From Octopus vulgaris (taxonomy: Eukaryota), in assembly GCA_951406725.2 (NCBI GenBank), contig OX597831.1, forward strand, positions 17,050,001 through 17,114,000: DNA of 64,000 bases. Direction: 5' to 3'. Both the position numbers and the translations under genes were made by a program. Under the pieces are notes generated by a model. The model was not told where the DNA came from. It was given only the letters and a program-made list of their open reading frames with translations, and did not search any database. Shown here piece by piece: positions 14,638-29,419 of the stretch; the stretch's first letter is position 1; the number at the start of each line of letters is the position of its first letter.

Positions 14638-15540
14638 TACCGGCTGTGCCAAAACTAGGTCAAACATCTTTTGCCGTTTTTTCCAAACGAAAATACATTC
14701 ATAATTTGGGTCTCAGCGTTGTAAAGGTAACACAAATACGATAGTGTAATATTTAATCAATATGACCATCTCAGCTCAAATCACAGACTTAAGTGTCGAT
14801 GCGAATGATTCACACGCCGGGAAGACATTCCAGTGGCTGTCACAACCGCCCAATCATGACTGACTGTGTATTTTGACGTTGATGTCCGAGTCTAAACTCG
14901 ACGGAACCAGATACATTCCAAATTCGGTCATTCTAGAAGTTTAATTATTGTCCGATATCAAATTTCTTTTCATCAGTGGTCATTATGTTGGACAGCGTAC
15001 CTTCAGCAATCTAATGCAGGATAAGGGAAATTATGTCAAGTACCATGACTTTATAAAATTCCGTGATATGTTGATGGTGGATCGTCACGTAGGGAGGAAG
15101 TCTGAGATCATCCTCATCAATCAATGCGTCGATGGTCGTCTTATATGTGTTGAGGCTGACAATTTTCCGAAGAGATATAGATGATTTTGACGTATATTTT
15201 TTACTGGTACTTTTCATAAGCTAACGGTTCTGCACACTAATATGAGCTAAAGTCCAGGTAGATCACTGGTGGAAACTGAATTAAATTTCTTGAAATCTAT
15301 CCAGACATGTTAGGTTAATTTTAAGTTGTTTGTTGCTATAGCAGTATTACCTTCGCCATCTTTTTGAAGGATTGTCACTGTATTTCAGGCTGATAACATG
15401 ATCAAATTACGAAATCTGAATTCATTTCATCAGAAAAAAAAGAAGGCACATTAAGCTTTTATAATGATGTATAATTATATCTTATTCATATTTATTAAAG
15501 CCCGAAACCTTGATTGCTTCAATTTCGGGCCATGCTATTC
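14638..15540 (-). mobile_element. Tc1/mariner superfamily relic (maT/DD37D-like)
   Basis: Minus strand NIMTTDEKKFDIGQ*LNF*NDRIW resembles ILFSDEKxFxxxxxxNxQNDRVW. Degenerate terminal inverted repeats. Confidence 0.55.
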
Positions 15541-16296
15541 ACATGTGTAGACATGAATATATATGCAAAACAGAAGTATTCCTTTCTCTCATTTGCTTGA
15601 TAATAAATTCAACGGAGACGTTGAAATACTAATCGTTGTTGGTAACATCTATGATTTATCCGGTGATCTGTAATAAATGTTTAATTAAATATCCGCGTTG
15701 TTATATTAGAGTACCTGTGTTAAATTGTGGCTTTAGTCATATATGTAGAAATTATTCTTACATACATACAAAATAATTTTTGCAGAAATTGCATCCTAAC
15801 TGTTGATATTAAAAACAGAAACATTGAATAGCTCATTTTTTCAATTTATTTGAAATGCTTTCCTTGAACACAGAAGTGGTCGCTAAATATATATGTGTCT
15901 GTGTGTGCACAGGACAGGAAACGTGGCTACCAGAACATTTACTTCGTAAATTTTCTGAATTACAGTTCATTGTGAAATATTAAATAACCAGCTACTATTC
16001 GCAAATATAGACATGTGTCATTTAAAAAAAAAAAATTGCATTGTTTTGATTTTAATAAAATTAACAAAATATTTATTCAAATATATGTGAACCTGCGAAT
16101 CACAGACATTATACAGCAAGGAATGCAAACACGATAGCGGAATATTTCCCATGGTGATGGCCTTTTTGTGTTGGGAAGATATTCATTGAACACACGTGAA
16201 TGAATGGATACGCAAATATTTCTCTACTGCACTATAGCACCTATAATTATATTAGGGTGAGTGTTACGAGTATAATGACAGAATCAATGTGCTTCC

Positions 16297-16356
<60 letters not shown>

Positions 16357-18271
16357 ATATTTTGTCCAACCGCTGTATGTATGTAAAACAAAAAGTTAAT
16401 ATTCTGCGCTGATTCATACCAAATTACAAAACATGACTAACTAAACTATCAGTCTCGTCTGCCGAATCGGTAACTTACGGGGATTAAACACACCCTCACT
16501 GGCTGTCAGGTGTAGATGGGGGACAAACGCGTACACACATACACACACACACATACACACACACACATACACACACACACATACACACACACATATATAT
16601 GTCTGTCAGTTTTTTTTTGCGACGCCATCGCTTGACAACCAATGCTGGTGTGTTCAAATCACCGTACCTTAGTTTCTCGGGAAAAGGGGTCGAAGGAATA
16701 AGCAACAGTCTTACTAGTGTTATGTGACGGGTTCGACTTCGACTAAAGAGCGAGCTCTGCTATGCTTCCAGTTAAATGAGTGAAACAATTAAAAGGTTAC
16801 ATGAATATCAGAAACACATCTCAAAAATAATACCTGCATCCATAACTGTAACTCTTTAACCAAAAGGCAACATAGAAACAATTCTTGTCCATTCCATCAT
16901 TTGGCAGATTGAATCTCAAGAACTTTATATTGGAATAGTCATTCTCTCTTAATTTATGAATATCAGGAAAATTGGGCGACAGCGGTTAAGTCTTTAAACT
17001 TTTGAAACTAAAAAATTCCAAGTGAATCCCTATACATTTCTAATGGTGTGGGATGAAATAACTTTTCGCAAACATAAAACACACAAGTCTGTCTGTGTGT
17101 GTGTGCGTGTGTGTGTGTGTGTGCGTGTGTGTGTGTGAGTGTGTGTAGTTTCGTATAATACGTTCATAATTTTCAACATTGCTAAGAAGGGAACAATTAA
17201 GGAGGATTTGGTTTTCCAGGGACACGCCCTCGGGCCAGAATATGACTGATAATATGTTTTATCCTACTGAATCTGCCAACACTTCCACGATATTTCTACA
17301 CTGATACGATGTTATACTTTGCCAGAATGAAACATGGCATTATGTTCTTGAGGAAGCCAGAGATTTGGATTTCCAGGAAGACACCCTCGGGACAAAATAT
17401 GATTTGTAATTTAAATTATCCCACTGAATTTTCCAACACTTCCACGATGTTTCTCGCCTAAAACAATGTTATACATTGCCAGTAGGAAGAAGCAGTAGGT
17501 TAAATTATTCTCATTAAATATGAAAACCGCATTAAAATAATACGTAAAGTTGCCACGTAACAAAATGAAAATTTTACTTATGGTCGGTGACATAAAAACG
17601 ACCTTGCGGGTGGGCGAGTTATCGATAAAAAAAGTGGAATAGAGCATATATATATATATACATATACATAATAATATAAATCCATATACATACATACATA
17701 TGTTCTGTATTCAATGTTACAGTTGGTCAACACAATATTAGGATATTACGATATAGAAAACATACATGTATCCATATTCAAATGCAGATATACAAAGTCA
17801 AGAGTTCATTATATTAAGTTACAAAATGCCATTAATATTACCATCATTACTATTTTCATTGCCACTATTGCTACTAATATCATTATTATTATTATTATTA
17901 TTAACATTAATACCAGCAAAACAATATAGGCATCACGCGGTTAGCAACATAATAGCAAAAACAACAACAACAATAATACTACAGTACCATGCAAAGCATT
18001 AAAGATCGGCATATACATATAAAACGAAAAATGAAAAATATTGGTTTACATGATATTAAGTTCCACAAACGTACAAGCGTATATGCGAGTGCAGGCCATA
18101 ATTTTGACTGTGACAAATATACAGTATTACGTTCAGAAATAGTTAAGAATCGAACGCTAAATATGATTGGCTGGTACATTTAAATTTCAATTGTCTTCGT
18201 TACAGTTGGTTTGTTAAGAAATAATTACATACGTACACATAATTAAAGTGTGTTTCTCCATTTTCTTATTT

Positions 18272-18329
<58 letters not shown>

Positions 18330-19528
18330 CACATGAGTATATTCTCATATTCTTACAACATACGTTGAGCCTTTCGGGGATGTGTATATGGACTCATGAG
18401 TGCTTAAATTAATTATGATCACTATATCGCATTTCTGTAATATTATTCCATCTCGCTCTTTATGTGTGCTAGCACATATGAGTGAGTATCATTTCCTGTC
18501 CCCGACTAGTGAAATGATGACCGAACCATCGCACCAAACACCCCCCACTTCCTTGTCAGTAATTTCAGACACAATGCTACCTCAGAAATTCGGTGAGAAG
18601 TGCTCGTTGAAAGCATTCACAAATTTTGCAATCGGCGGTAAATTATTGGCACAGTCATATCTGTGGTGTTGTTGGTAAAACATGTTCTTTGTCTCTCTCC
18701 TTATCCTCATGGCAAAACGCTTAGCTGAATTAAGTTCGTCTTAACAATCATAGAACATGTTCCGCCGACTGCATATTTTAACCTCTTTGTCTTTTATACT
18801 CTCAGAGTCAAAACGGTAATTACCAATCGAAGACTGAAGCCAAAGAAATCGACTTACTGTTTCTGCGATATTCCTTGACTTGTACCAAAATATGAAATCA
18901 TTGCTTATTTCTCTATTTGTAAGAATGAATATATACATATTGATATGTGACATACCTGTTCTTTATCCTGAAAAGATGAACCTGGAGAGTATACCAGGAG
19001 TAATATGGCAACTTGTGTTTCGAATCGTATTAATGATTCTGCCGATCTATCAACATATTCTGAATTAGTTAATGATTAATTCATGTAAGAGAAGTAATTA
19101 TTAATACTTGTAGCACGATACCTGAAATTTAGGGCTTATGGGTTACATCGATTCCAATACTCAAGTTATACTTTTTGTTTTGACTTCGGCTGGACGAAAG
19201 ATAATGTTAGCATCTGAAGAATTACAACTCTGGTCATAACAGGAGGACAAATCTGCAACGCATTATGTCCCGTGGGGAAAAAGTTCTCCCAGCGCGTGAC
19301 ATTCAATTTGAAGTTATAGAATCAACACCTTAAGATCTATAAGTAATCCGTAAGCAAACTATGCACAATGTTGGACACTACGTTAAAATGTACCGTATAA
19401 AAAGGATGTTTTCCATATCATATTGATAAAATCAAATACCTCCGATTTATATATTAGATATGATACCTCATATGCATTGAATAGTACTTATTGACATATA
19501 TATAATTTTATCTTAATTTTGCCCTTAT

Positions 19529-19618
19529 TCGACTATTTTTGTCCAAGCACTGTTTTCGTGAACACATGGAGGTGTGTACCAAATATGTCTACAAACGTAT
19601 TCAGAAATAATTCATGTG
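19529..19618 (+). pseudogene. copy A2 exon 3 (RLFLSKHCFREHMEVCT..FRNNSC)
   Basis: Aligns codon by codon with 28221-28309. Acceptor AG is mutated to AT and the exon is 90 nt instead of 89 (+1 frameshift). Donor gtatga is kept. Confidence 0.8.
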
Positions 19619-19939
19619 GTATGATATTTTCTTTAAATATTCGTATTGCGAAACATGATGTTTCAACGGATTGTATGATTTTGTAGTGGTTTATAACTTC
19701 AATTGTGTGTTTAAAAAAAACAACATATTAAGTAAGAGGCTTTAGTGCCTCCTTGTAAGAGGTTCGAAACCGCATATTGATTTTTAAGAAAAAGAAACTA
19801 TGTTTTCGAGAAAAATCCAATCGGCTGATGTTGGGTTTCGCCTCTCATTCATTTTATTTCATTTTCATGAATTAACGTGTTTGTCCAGCCCGCAAAGCTA
19901 CGCAATCTTTGTACTGTCTATATGGCAAATTTTATTAAA

Positions 19940-20075
19940 TAAAGTAGCTTGCTTACCAGCCACATGGTTCCGGGTTCAGCCCCACTGCGTGGCAAGTGTC
20001 TTCTACTATATCCTCGGGCCGAGCAAAGCCTTGTCAATGGATTTGGTAAACAGAAACTGAAAGAAGCCCGTCGTG

Positions 20076-20127
<52 letters not shown>

Positions 20128-20345
20128 TGTATACGTTTTTGTGTCTGTGTTCGTCCTCCCAACATCGCTTGAAAATCGATGCCGGTGTGTTTACGTCCAC
20201 GTAACTTAGCGGTTTGGAAAAAGAGACCGACAGAATAACTACTAGGAGTACAAAGAATAAGTCCTGGGGTCTATTTGCTCGCTAAAGTGGTGCCCCAGCA
20301 TGGCCACGCTCATTTGACTGAAACAAGTAAAACAGTAAAAGAGTA
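19940..20345 (+). mobile_element. tRNA-derived SINE (octopus-type) in A2 intron 3
   Basis: High similarity to 2740-3160. Confidence 0.8.
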
Positions 20346-20569
20346 TGTGAATCCGAATCAATTGATAAGCTTCAACTTGCTGTTAATTTGCTAATTCATA
20401 AAAGTCGAGATTGAACTCAACTGAGGAAGGGAAAATTAAAATCAGAAATAAACGCATTGGATATTTAATTGAGATTTTATTAACGAGTGTTTGAAATAAT
20501 TGAAATGAAATAAATATAAATGGTGAAATTCAAAATGTAACAGATCACCATATTTTCTAATTACTCTAG

Positions 20570-20664
20570 AAATAATCATGGCTAAAGAAGATTCTCCTCC
20601 TTCGTCCAGTCTTGAGACATTATGCATCCTTCACTCGCTTCTAATAACATTGCTGTTGTTGTGA
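20570..20664 (+). pseudogene. copy A2 last exon (EIIMAKEDSPPSSSLETLCILHSLLITLLLL*)
   Basis: ttactctag| acceptor, phase 1, Ser-rich spacer plus hydrophobic tail, TGA, AATAAA at 20702. Homolog of 28744-28841. Confidence 0.8.
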
Positions 20665-21039
20665 TTGAATGCCGTCTCAGTTGATGTTTAAGGATTTCAT
20701 GAATAAAAATAGATTTCAAATTCTGTATATTTTCTTGTTGGTACAACGTAACAATTATTTACATTTCATTTCAAAAGTGGAGTAATCTCAGAAACACTAC
20801 ATGTACTAAATTCTTCTTCTTATATCTGTACACTAAAATTATACTTTCAGTGCAATATTGCTGTAATATCATACTTTTAGTATTAATTTTATTTAACTGC
20901 CACGGACTGAAAGACCGAGACTAAAGGCTGGAGATAGTAATGAAATCGTTTAGTCACGTATGTGTAAGAATTAAAAAAAATATATATAATTAGTATACAG
21001 ACATTACAGAAAAGACACAGACATATATATATATGTTGT

Positions 21040-21075
<36 letters not shown>

Positions 21076-21107
21076 AGTGTGTGTGTATTTGTGTGTTTGT
21101 GTGCGCG

Positions 21108-21153
<46 letters not shown>

Positions 21154-21154
<1 letters not shown>

Positions 21155-21410
21155 GAGGCGCAATGGCCCAGTAGTTAGGGTTTCGATTCCCAGACCGGGC
21201 ATTGTGAGTGTTTATTGAGCAAAAACACCGAAATGTTCCACGAGGCTCCGGCAGGGGGTGGTGATCCCTGCTGTACTCTTTCACCACTCTTTCTCTCAAT
21301 CTTCCGTCTGTTGGCCTGCTCACTTAGCCAAGGCTAAAACGATGCCAAGCGTATTGTGACCAGCGATGTGTGACCAACATCTGATAGCATGGTCGGTCAC
21401 GGTGATCACG

Positions 21411-21415
<5 letters not shown>
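21154..21415 (+). mobile_element. second tRNA-derived SINE family
   Basis: tggcccagtagttaggg / ttcgattccc boxes and (cacggtgat)2 tail. Head is related to 41270-41557. Confidence 0.65.
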
Positions 21416-21454
<39 letters not shown>

Positions 21455-22072
21455 TTGAATACATTAGAATTACAAAAAGTAATGCTCATAACGCTCATAA
21501 ACTTCATTTAGCGCTTCCATACGTTCGTAGATATTATTAGATTTCAACTCTTGAAAAATGTAGTGAAATGACTGAACTCTTTCGTTTTCTATTCTAGACG
21601 GATATTCGACAGAACCAAAGATATTAAATTTTTTTTTTCCATTTTGGTGATTTATTGTATCTCCTACGTCGAATTATTAATTGAAACCACTAACCCCTAT
21701 ACACTTCCTACACCACTCACATCTCTTAATCCAGAACTACTTACCTCCCTTACAAATAACCTTTTTTTCTCAGGAACTATTAGACCTGACACCGTGTATT
21801 AGCCAGCATTTTCAAAGCGAGGAATAGATTCTTGCCGAAACATTGGTTCGCTTTGTTCACTTATTTTATTATCATCTTACAATCATCTCATAATAATGAC
21901 TTTTATGATTCTTATTACTACCTCAGTTCATCTAAATATATATATTTGTCGTTACCTGTCATAAATAGCCTTATTTCTTTGCAAAGTGCATTTTCGTTGA
22001 TTTTTTCATATTTAACCTTACATTTCCACGTGTATTTTATATTTTCTTTTTGTAACATATTTCTACTATATT

Positions 22073-22182
<110 letters not shown>

Positions 22183-22575
22183 AAAAATGAAGTTCGAAAA
22201 TGCTGCTATATTATACAATTTTTAATTTTTATATATACATTATAACATGTTTCAGTTCCTGAAATGAACCTTATCAAAAAAGGTTATCTATAAAAAAAGA
22301 TAGTTCATGCTATCAAATATAAGAAATTCATTTATAATACACAATGGAGTCAGACATCATAAAGTTCATATATAGTTTGAAGTGAGTTCGTCCATGCTAT
22401 ATGTTTAAAGTGTATGATGCAGTGGTTCGTGGTGGTGATATGCATTCAATATAAAAAATAGATCAAAGTGGTGGAATGCAGTCAATATAAAAAATTGATG
22501 TTCCTGAAAGAGCGAGGAATTCATTTTTACCTTGAGCAACTGTGATGACTTATGGTGGGTGTTCGCTGGATGATT

Positions 22576-22713
<138 letters not shown>

Positions 22714-23575
22714 CAATATATATATATATATAAACAATATATATACACGTTTGTGTATCGCTTGACAATAATGATTGTGTGTTCCCTTGCACGTAGCATG
22801 GGGCTTCGCGAAAATTCGCCGATAGAATATAAATTAGACTACAAGGAAAAAGAATAATATCTTTATTTGATGCCTACGTACTTAACCACACACAAGAACT
22901 ATTCAACCAGAACACTATATATAAACTATTCTTTTGCGTTCTATCATTTCACAGATTAAATTTAGAGATCTTTATATCGGAAAAGTCGTTGTTTCTCAAT
23001 GTTCGGATATAAGAATAAATTATGGGAGCGGTTATGTCTTTAAAAAATGTTTAATTAATTATCGGAAAGAATCTCCGTACATTTCTAAGTTGATTTATTT
23101 ATATATTTGTAACGTTATGAAATAAAATAGATGTATACATACATACATGAAACAAAACCAAACACGAGTGCTTCTGTGTGTGCATTTGTGAGTGTGTGTG
23201 GTGGTAGTGGGGGGCGTAGGTGTGTTTTATTAATGCGATGAATTTTTCCACTTTGCTGAGAAAAGAACCGGAGAATTAATTTCCGAGAAAGACGCTCTGA
23301 GGACAGAATATGACTAGTTATTTTGTTTTTCCCTCTGAGTCTGCCAAAACTTCCACGATATTTCTATCGTAATACAATGCTATACTTTGTCACACTAAAA
23401 CACGGTGTCTTGTCTCTTGTGGAGGAAACAGTAGGTTAAATATATTTTATAGATTAAGAATATCGCGTAAACAAAATACCTGACATTGCCACGTAACAAA
23501 ATGGACATTTCGTTTATGTTCGGTGACATAAAAACACCCTCCTCCTGTGCGGCTTTTCCATATGTAAGGTGGACA

Positions 23576-23639
<64 letters not shown>

Positions 23640-23927
23640 CATTCACAGCACTATCGCGTGAACTTTTTACTTCTTAACTATCTTCTTATCATAAGGAAGT
23701 AAATATAATTTCATTCCACTTTTTAGACACGTTGTACACTAACACACGCAGACACGCACGCAAACAGTGGTAGACAAACCTATGTATATATATACTAACA
23801 CACATATACATATACACGCACATGTATATATACACAAATGTCTACACGTACCACAGCTTCTCGTTGTTTTGTTTTTCTGATTTTTTTCCTCGTTATTTTT
23901 GGTATTAATTATACCCGCACAGAAACA

Positions 23928-23968
<41 letters not shown>

Positions 23969-25359
23969 GCTCATAGAAGCTTCTTCTTATTTCCTTACAG
24001 CGTACGCTCACCTTTTCAGGGATTATTTCTGACTACTACTGAGAATTTATGGAATATCATTTAAATCCTCTGTTTGTGTTCATATGTAAAAGTAAACGTT
24101 GTCGTAAGGCTTCAATCATCCATGAACTGAGTGTAGATTTCTTAATTGATAAAATCTACTTCTCGTTACACCAGATGTTGTTTCATCTTCCATTAACTTC
24201 CCTATAGTCATGAAATATTACGGTCTTCCAAAATATTATTAGCAGCATTCAATTATTATTCAGTGAGATATTTATTTTGTCCTGTTTAACCACAAGCTAT
24301 ACTCAAGGAGAAATTAGCTCGTAACAAGTTTCCTGTAAGACTTTCTGATATTTCATCTGCACTATACGTGTATTAGTTCAGGCGAATGTGTATCACTTCC
24401 TCTTGCCGACCAGTAAAATCAATGTCCGAAACGTGACTGTCACGAAACGGTTACATTTTTGGATGGATCATAAGCGTTTTTAGGATTTGTGTTTCTGGGA
24501 GAATTTAAGTTTATTTCAGATATAAGTATTTTAAAAATCATTACAGAATCACCCTTAAGTGGACGTTGATGTCTTGGTGGAGAAATTCTATTTATTTTGG
24601 GTCCAGATCATAAATACTTACATGTTTTGTTGCCAATTCTATTGTAAATAAGTAGGAAACGGCATCGATCACTCTCGTATAAATAGGTACCTTTAAGGAA
24701 AATAATGTAGATTTATTATCAGTGTATCATAAGTAATATTGTGCAATATATTTATCATAAATTCAAAGAAGATTTTGAATATATTCCTGATAATATTTCA
24801 AAAAGATTTTCTTGTAATACAGGAAATTCATGAATTAAAAATATTATAAAAAATCCGAGAAACAACTGCTCAAACCTATCATGGTGGCAACTATGGAAAT
24901 GCAAACAGAACATAATAAACAAATTCAAATATAATCATTCTAGGCGCATGTGTGGCTGTGTGTTAGAGAGGCATGCTCCTCATTAACAAGATATAATGTT
25001 GAGAACCACTATGAGCTACCCTGGTTAAGTTTTCTGTATTACATAACCAGGCGGATGAATAAAATTGAACACGGTGGAACATGAAAGAAAGCCATTTTAC
25101 ACATATATGAATATATGTACCTGTGTGCCTTTCTGAGTGTATGGATTCAGCAACCAGGTTACATTTCGTGCGGTGGTTCTATTGCTTTGCTTTGAAGTGT
25201 TTCGGAAAATTAACCACATATTGAGTGCCATTTTGGAAAAATATTTATTGTACTAATCTCATGGACTCAATATGAATGTATGACAAATCACGAATGAAAT
25301 GAGGGAAACAATAAAGAATAAATGACTATTGAATAATTAATGTGTATTTGAATTTACAG

Positions 25360-25459
25360 ATGCTGCGATGTCCGTTCTTTGCTACGATACAGTCAAGGAA
25401 TATTGTCCCTCTGCTATGAAAAGTTTTCCTGTACGAGAACGTGACAAATACTATTGCAA
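25360..25459 (+). CDS. Cys-rich GPI-like protein copy B exon 2 (AAMSVLCYDTVKEYCPSAMKSFPVRERDKYYC)
   Basis: tttacag|...TGCAA|gtaact, 100 nt, open, phase 1->2. B lacks its own signal-peptide exon, so it may be a pseudogene. Confidence 0.8.
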
Positions 25460-25830
25460 GTAACTTCGCTTTCATTATTATGATTATAATTTAAATATTT
25501 TTAATAACTGAATTTATAAACGTATAACTTTATCAGAAATCAGAAATACATGGTAAATAACCAATGATGGATAATGAACGCATGCGTTTGGAGTGTGGAA
25601 AACCGAACGAGTTATCGGACACAACAAAGGAAAGTACTCCAACCTATCATTAATGAAGAATTATGTACCCTCTGCGTGTGTCTTCCGTTCGGTTGTATGC
25701 TCAGTGCAACTATAAGTGTTTTATATGACGTTGTTGGTTTTCAATGCAATTTTCAATTATGTAATGGGAGGCAACACATTCCTTATTCTTTTTAGATGTT
25801 TATATACATACATATATACATATATACATA

Positions 25831-25953
<123 letters not shown>

Positions 25954-26862
25954 TTTATGTGCTAATTATTTATATATTTAAGGAAGCCAGATGGTAGAAT
26001 CATTGACACACTTGGCAAGAAGCTTAACAACATTTCGTCCGTCTTTATATTCTGAGAACTTATTCTGCTGACGATGATTTTGATTTCCACCCTCTGAGGG
26101 TGAAAAAATATAGCAGTGGAAGCGTTAGGCCGATGTAATCGACCAACCGATTCGCCAAAATTCCTGAACTACTACTAAAATTTGAAATCATTGTATATTT
26201 CTGAATTTGGAAGAGTATGTATCTGCATATTGATGTGTGACACTTATGTTCAAAATCCTGAAATGACGAACCCGAAGTGATGACGAACCCGAAGTGATGA
26301 CGAACCCTATGTAATAAGGCAAATTGTGTTTCTAAGCGGAATAAGGATTTTGATGATCTCTCCACATATTCCAAAATATTTAATAATTCATTCAGTCTTA
26401 GATACACGCTCAGCAATATTATGTTTAGAGAGTTTTAATCCAGACAATTGAATCCGAAATATGCCAGGCAAATTTCCAACGAGCAAATTAACCCAGCGCT
26501 ATTTGACCATTAAGAGAAATAATTCATTGCGCGTGAGGTACGATTCCTGAAATTTTGGAGGAAAGGGCACGTGGATTATATCGACTCCTCAGCTCAATTG
26601 ATATATTTTGCTTCGACTCCGGAAGGGCGAAGGAAACAGTTTACCATTGCGGAATTTCAACACAGGACATAAACCAATTAGAATGGTGCTAGGCATTTTG
26701 TCCAGTGTGCAAACCTTCGGAGAAATAACACGCATTATTTTAAATTGTAAGTTCTTGAATCCACACAATTAGAATGAATAAATAATCTGAAAGTAAACCA
26801 AGCACAACGTTACCATCCAAGTTAAAATATACCGTATAAAAAGTATGATTTTGATAACAATA

Positions 26863-27386
26863 TCTTCAAATCTGAAATGCGAAAAGTTTGTTTGCCTGGT
26901 TTTGGGATTGGAACGGGTTAAAGAGATCTTGATCCCGTCGGATTGACTTCCGAATTTACAGGAATATGTAAAATGAAGAGAGTATGGGGGTGGGCTATGT
27001 TAGAAATCATAATCTTAAAAGGTGTGGTTACTAGGGCAAAAATGCACACTTTGACAAGTCTTCTCACATTTTCTTATGTGCCTGTCTTCCGCCGTCTCTC
27101 TATCATTCCTCCCTTCCGTTCACATCTCTCTATAACGTCGTTTGACAGCGTCTACTATCTTTCCCCTACCGCTTTCACTCTTTCTCCCACATCATCTCTC
27201 TCTCTATGTCTGTCTGCATCCACACAGAGAATTATTATCGCCACCACCACCATACAATCATGAGAACAAATATTATGAATCAGATATTTATTGGGTTAAT
27301 TTATATATGTCTGTGTGTGTGCGTGTTCTATATATCAATATATATATATATATATAATATGTATGTCTACAAAGTGTATATATCTG

Positions 27387-27432
<46 letters not shown>

Positions 27433-28121
27433 ATATAATGTTTATATGTGCATATATATATTTAATGCGTATATATATACATACATACACGCATATATAA
27501 TGTGTGCATTATGTGGTCGGTTGAGCTGAAAATATGCACACCAATGTTAAAAGCGCTGGCGAGTTTGCATGGCGACTATTTTTTCCCTCAAATTAAAGGC
27601 GTGACATCTAGGACAAAATTCCTCGTCTTATAAAATGTGGCCCGAGTAGACCAGAATGAAATCGGATTATATTAACCAAAATGTGAATAGGGGTCTAAAT
27701 GGTGATGGAAGGGTATTAAAATTTACAGGGGCGGCTTTTTAGGAATTCTCTGGTTCATGAAGCGAAAAAAAAACTGCACCAGCCTTCAAATCAGCTCGGA
27801 AGTTCGTATGTCCCTTTTAAACGTTAGTGTTTTGCTGTGTGTCTGAAGCAGTCATTGCCTGATATTTATGTTTGATCATTCAAATTATTTTGTTTCTCAA
27901 CTTACTCAAGATCTTTTGTTGTTTATACATGGGAGAGAAATAGATAGAGAGTAAGAGAAAGCGAGGGAGAGTCCGAGAGAAAGGAAGAGTAAGAGAGTGG
28001 GAAAGGGAGAGAGAAAGGAGAGAGAAAAATAGGGAGAATGTGGTGATAAAAAGCAGAAAGGAAGCAACAGAAATAACAACCACACCCTCGCCCGCGCGTA
28101 GAGCAGTTCACCTTAAGCTAG
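26863..28121 (+). mobile_element. Helitron-like non-autonomous insertion in B intron 2
   Basis: Absent from the matching intron of C (~42165) and A2 (~19415). Begins TC..gtttgtttg and ends in GC-rich sequence plus CTAG|T. Confidence 0.45.
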
Positions 28122-28220
28122 TTTTATTATTGAAAGTAAATACATGTGATTTTATATTAGATATGCTAAATAAATATAACTCATAATATTTCTTGACATG
28201 TTATTTTTTTTTGCTTTTAG

Positions 28221-28309
28221 TCGCGTAAGATTGTTCAATGCCTGTTTTCAAGAAAGATTCAAGGAGTGTGCTCATCTCTTTACGAGCTCATTCAAGAATA
28301 TAACATGCC
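28221..28309 (+). CDS. copy B exon 3 (NRVRLFNACFQERFKECAHLFTSSFKNITC)
   Basis: Poly-T tract plus tag| acceptor, |gtatga donor, 89 nt, phase 2->1, in frame with exon 2. Confidence 0.85.
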
Positions 28310-28743
28310 GTATGATATTTTCATTACATATTGTAGTTTTGTGAGAAGTAACGTTTTAAACAGTTAGAATCGCATACAATAATTGTTTTGCACTGAATTT
28401 TCTTAACATATATTCCTGTAAACTTGTATTTTCATTGAATGAGATTAATATCTGCAATGAAAGAATTTTAATAAGGTTATGGTTACCCTTTAATAATTCT
28501 CATTTGGATAAGCATAACAATAAGTATTGCCTATCTTGTGAGTGGACTAATATATCAATTGAATGTAATTGCACGTATATATAATGGCATTCGTTACAAA
28601 GTTTAATGTGTTAAATCGAATCATCATTTAAAGTTTGATTGTTTTCTTACGTGGGAGTTTAAATATCATTCGTTTGTCAGACAATAAACATAAATGGTAA
28701 ACTTCAAAAAGTAGCAGATTACCATGTTTTCTATTTACTCTAG

Positions 28744-28841
28744 CTCCTAGAGTTGCTAAACAACAGGGTTCTTCTTCGTCCCGCCGTCTTCAATCAATAC
28801 GGATCCTATTACTGCTTCTAATATTACCGGCATTGTTATGA
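28744..28841 (+). CDS. copy B last exon, GPI-signal-like (PPRVAKQQGSSSSRRLQSIRILLLLLILPALL*)
   Basis: ttactctag| acceptor, in frame with exon 3. Small-residue omega region, polar spacer, terminal hydrophobic run, AATAAA at 28886. Confidence 0.85.
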
Positions 28842-29419
28842 TTGTCTCAGCTCACACATAAGTATTTCATGTAAGAATATTCATAAATAAAAATTTATTT
28901 CAAATTCTGTAAAGTTTCTTGCTTGCACAAAATACAAAGTATTTCGATTTCAGTGGAAGAGTGGAGAAATCTGAGAAACATTATGTGAAATCAATTATCT
29001 TTCCAATAACTGTTGATTGAAAATTACAATTTCAGTCTAATGTGGCCTTAACAACTTTCTTTGAGTAATAATATCATATCACTGACACGAACAGTTAGTT
29101 CGAAACTAGACGTTACTATGACAGTGAAATCATATTGTGGCGGATGCCCCAGAAATGAAAATTCATATATTAGGATATGTTTAGTATGTTGCTTATATGC
29201 ATCTGCATTGGCCCACAAATGTGTCTATAATAACACTGGTGTAATTGTATAATATATAATGCAGTAATTATTCATGTTAAAATGCATGTACTTATATATA
29301 TACAATCATATATACAGAGAATCCAATGATATGTTATATTTTATTTTTTGTAGGTATTGTATATTATCATATATATATGTATGTATATATGTATGTATAT
29401 ATATATAAACTTAGACTTA

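Noticed and set aside
16204-16262. Signal-peptide-like MDTQIFLYCTIAPIIIL followed by gtgagt
   Set aside because: Phase 2, so incompatible with exon 2. Frame and donor are not conserved in the homologs at ~33600 and ~46430.
25115-25160. MYLCAFLSVWIQQP as an alternative signal exon for B
   Set aside because: Sits in a decayed SINE-like block, has a weak donor (gttaca), and the A1 homolog has an in-frame stop.
26263-26308. (tgacgaacccgaagtga) x ~2.6
   Set aside because: Simple local tandem expansion in an intron.
28954-28988. Alternative last exon LEEWRNLRNIM*
   Set aside because: Downstream of the better-supported exon 4 and AATAAA; the acceptor is not kept in A2.
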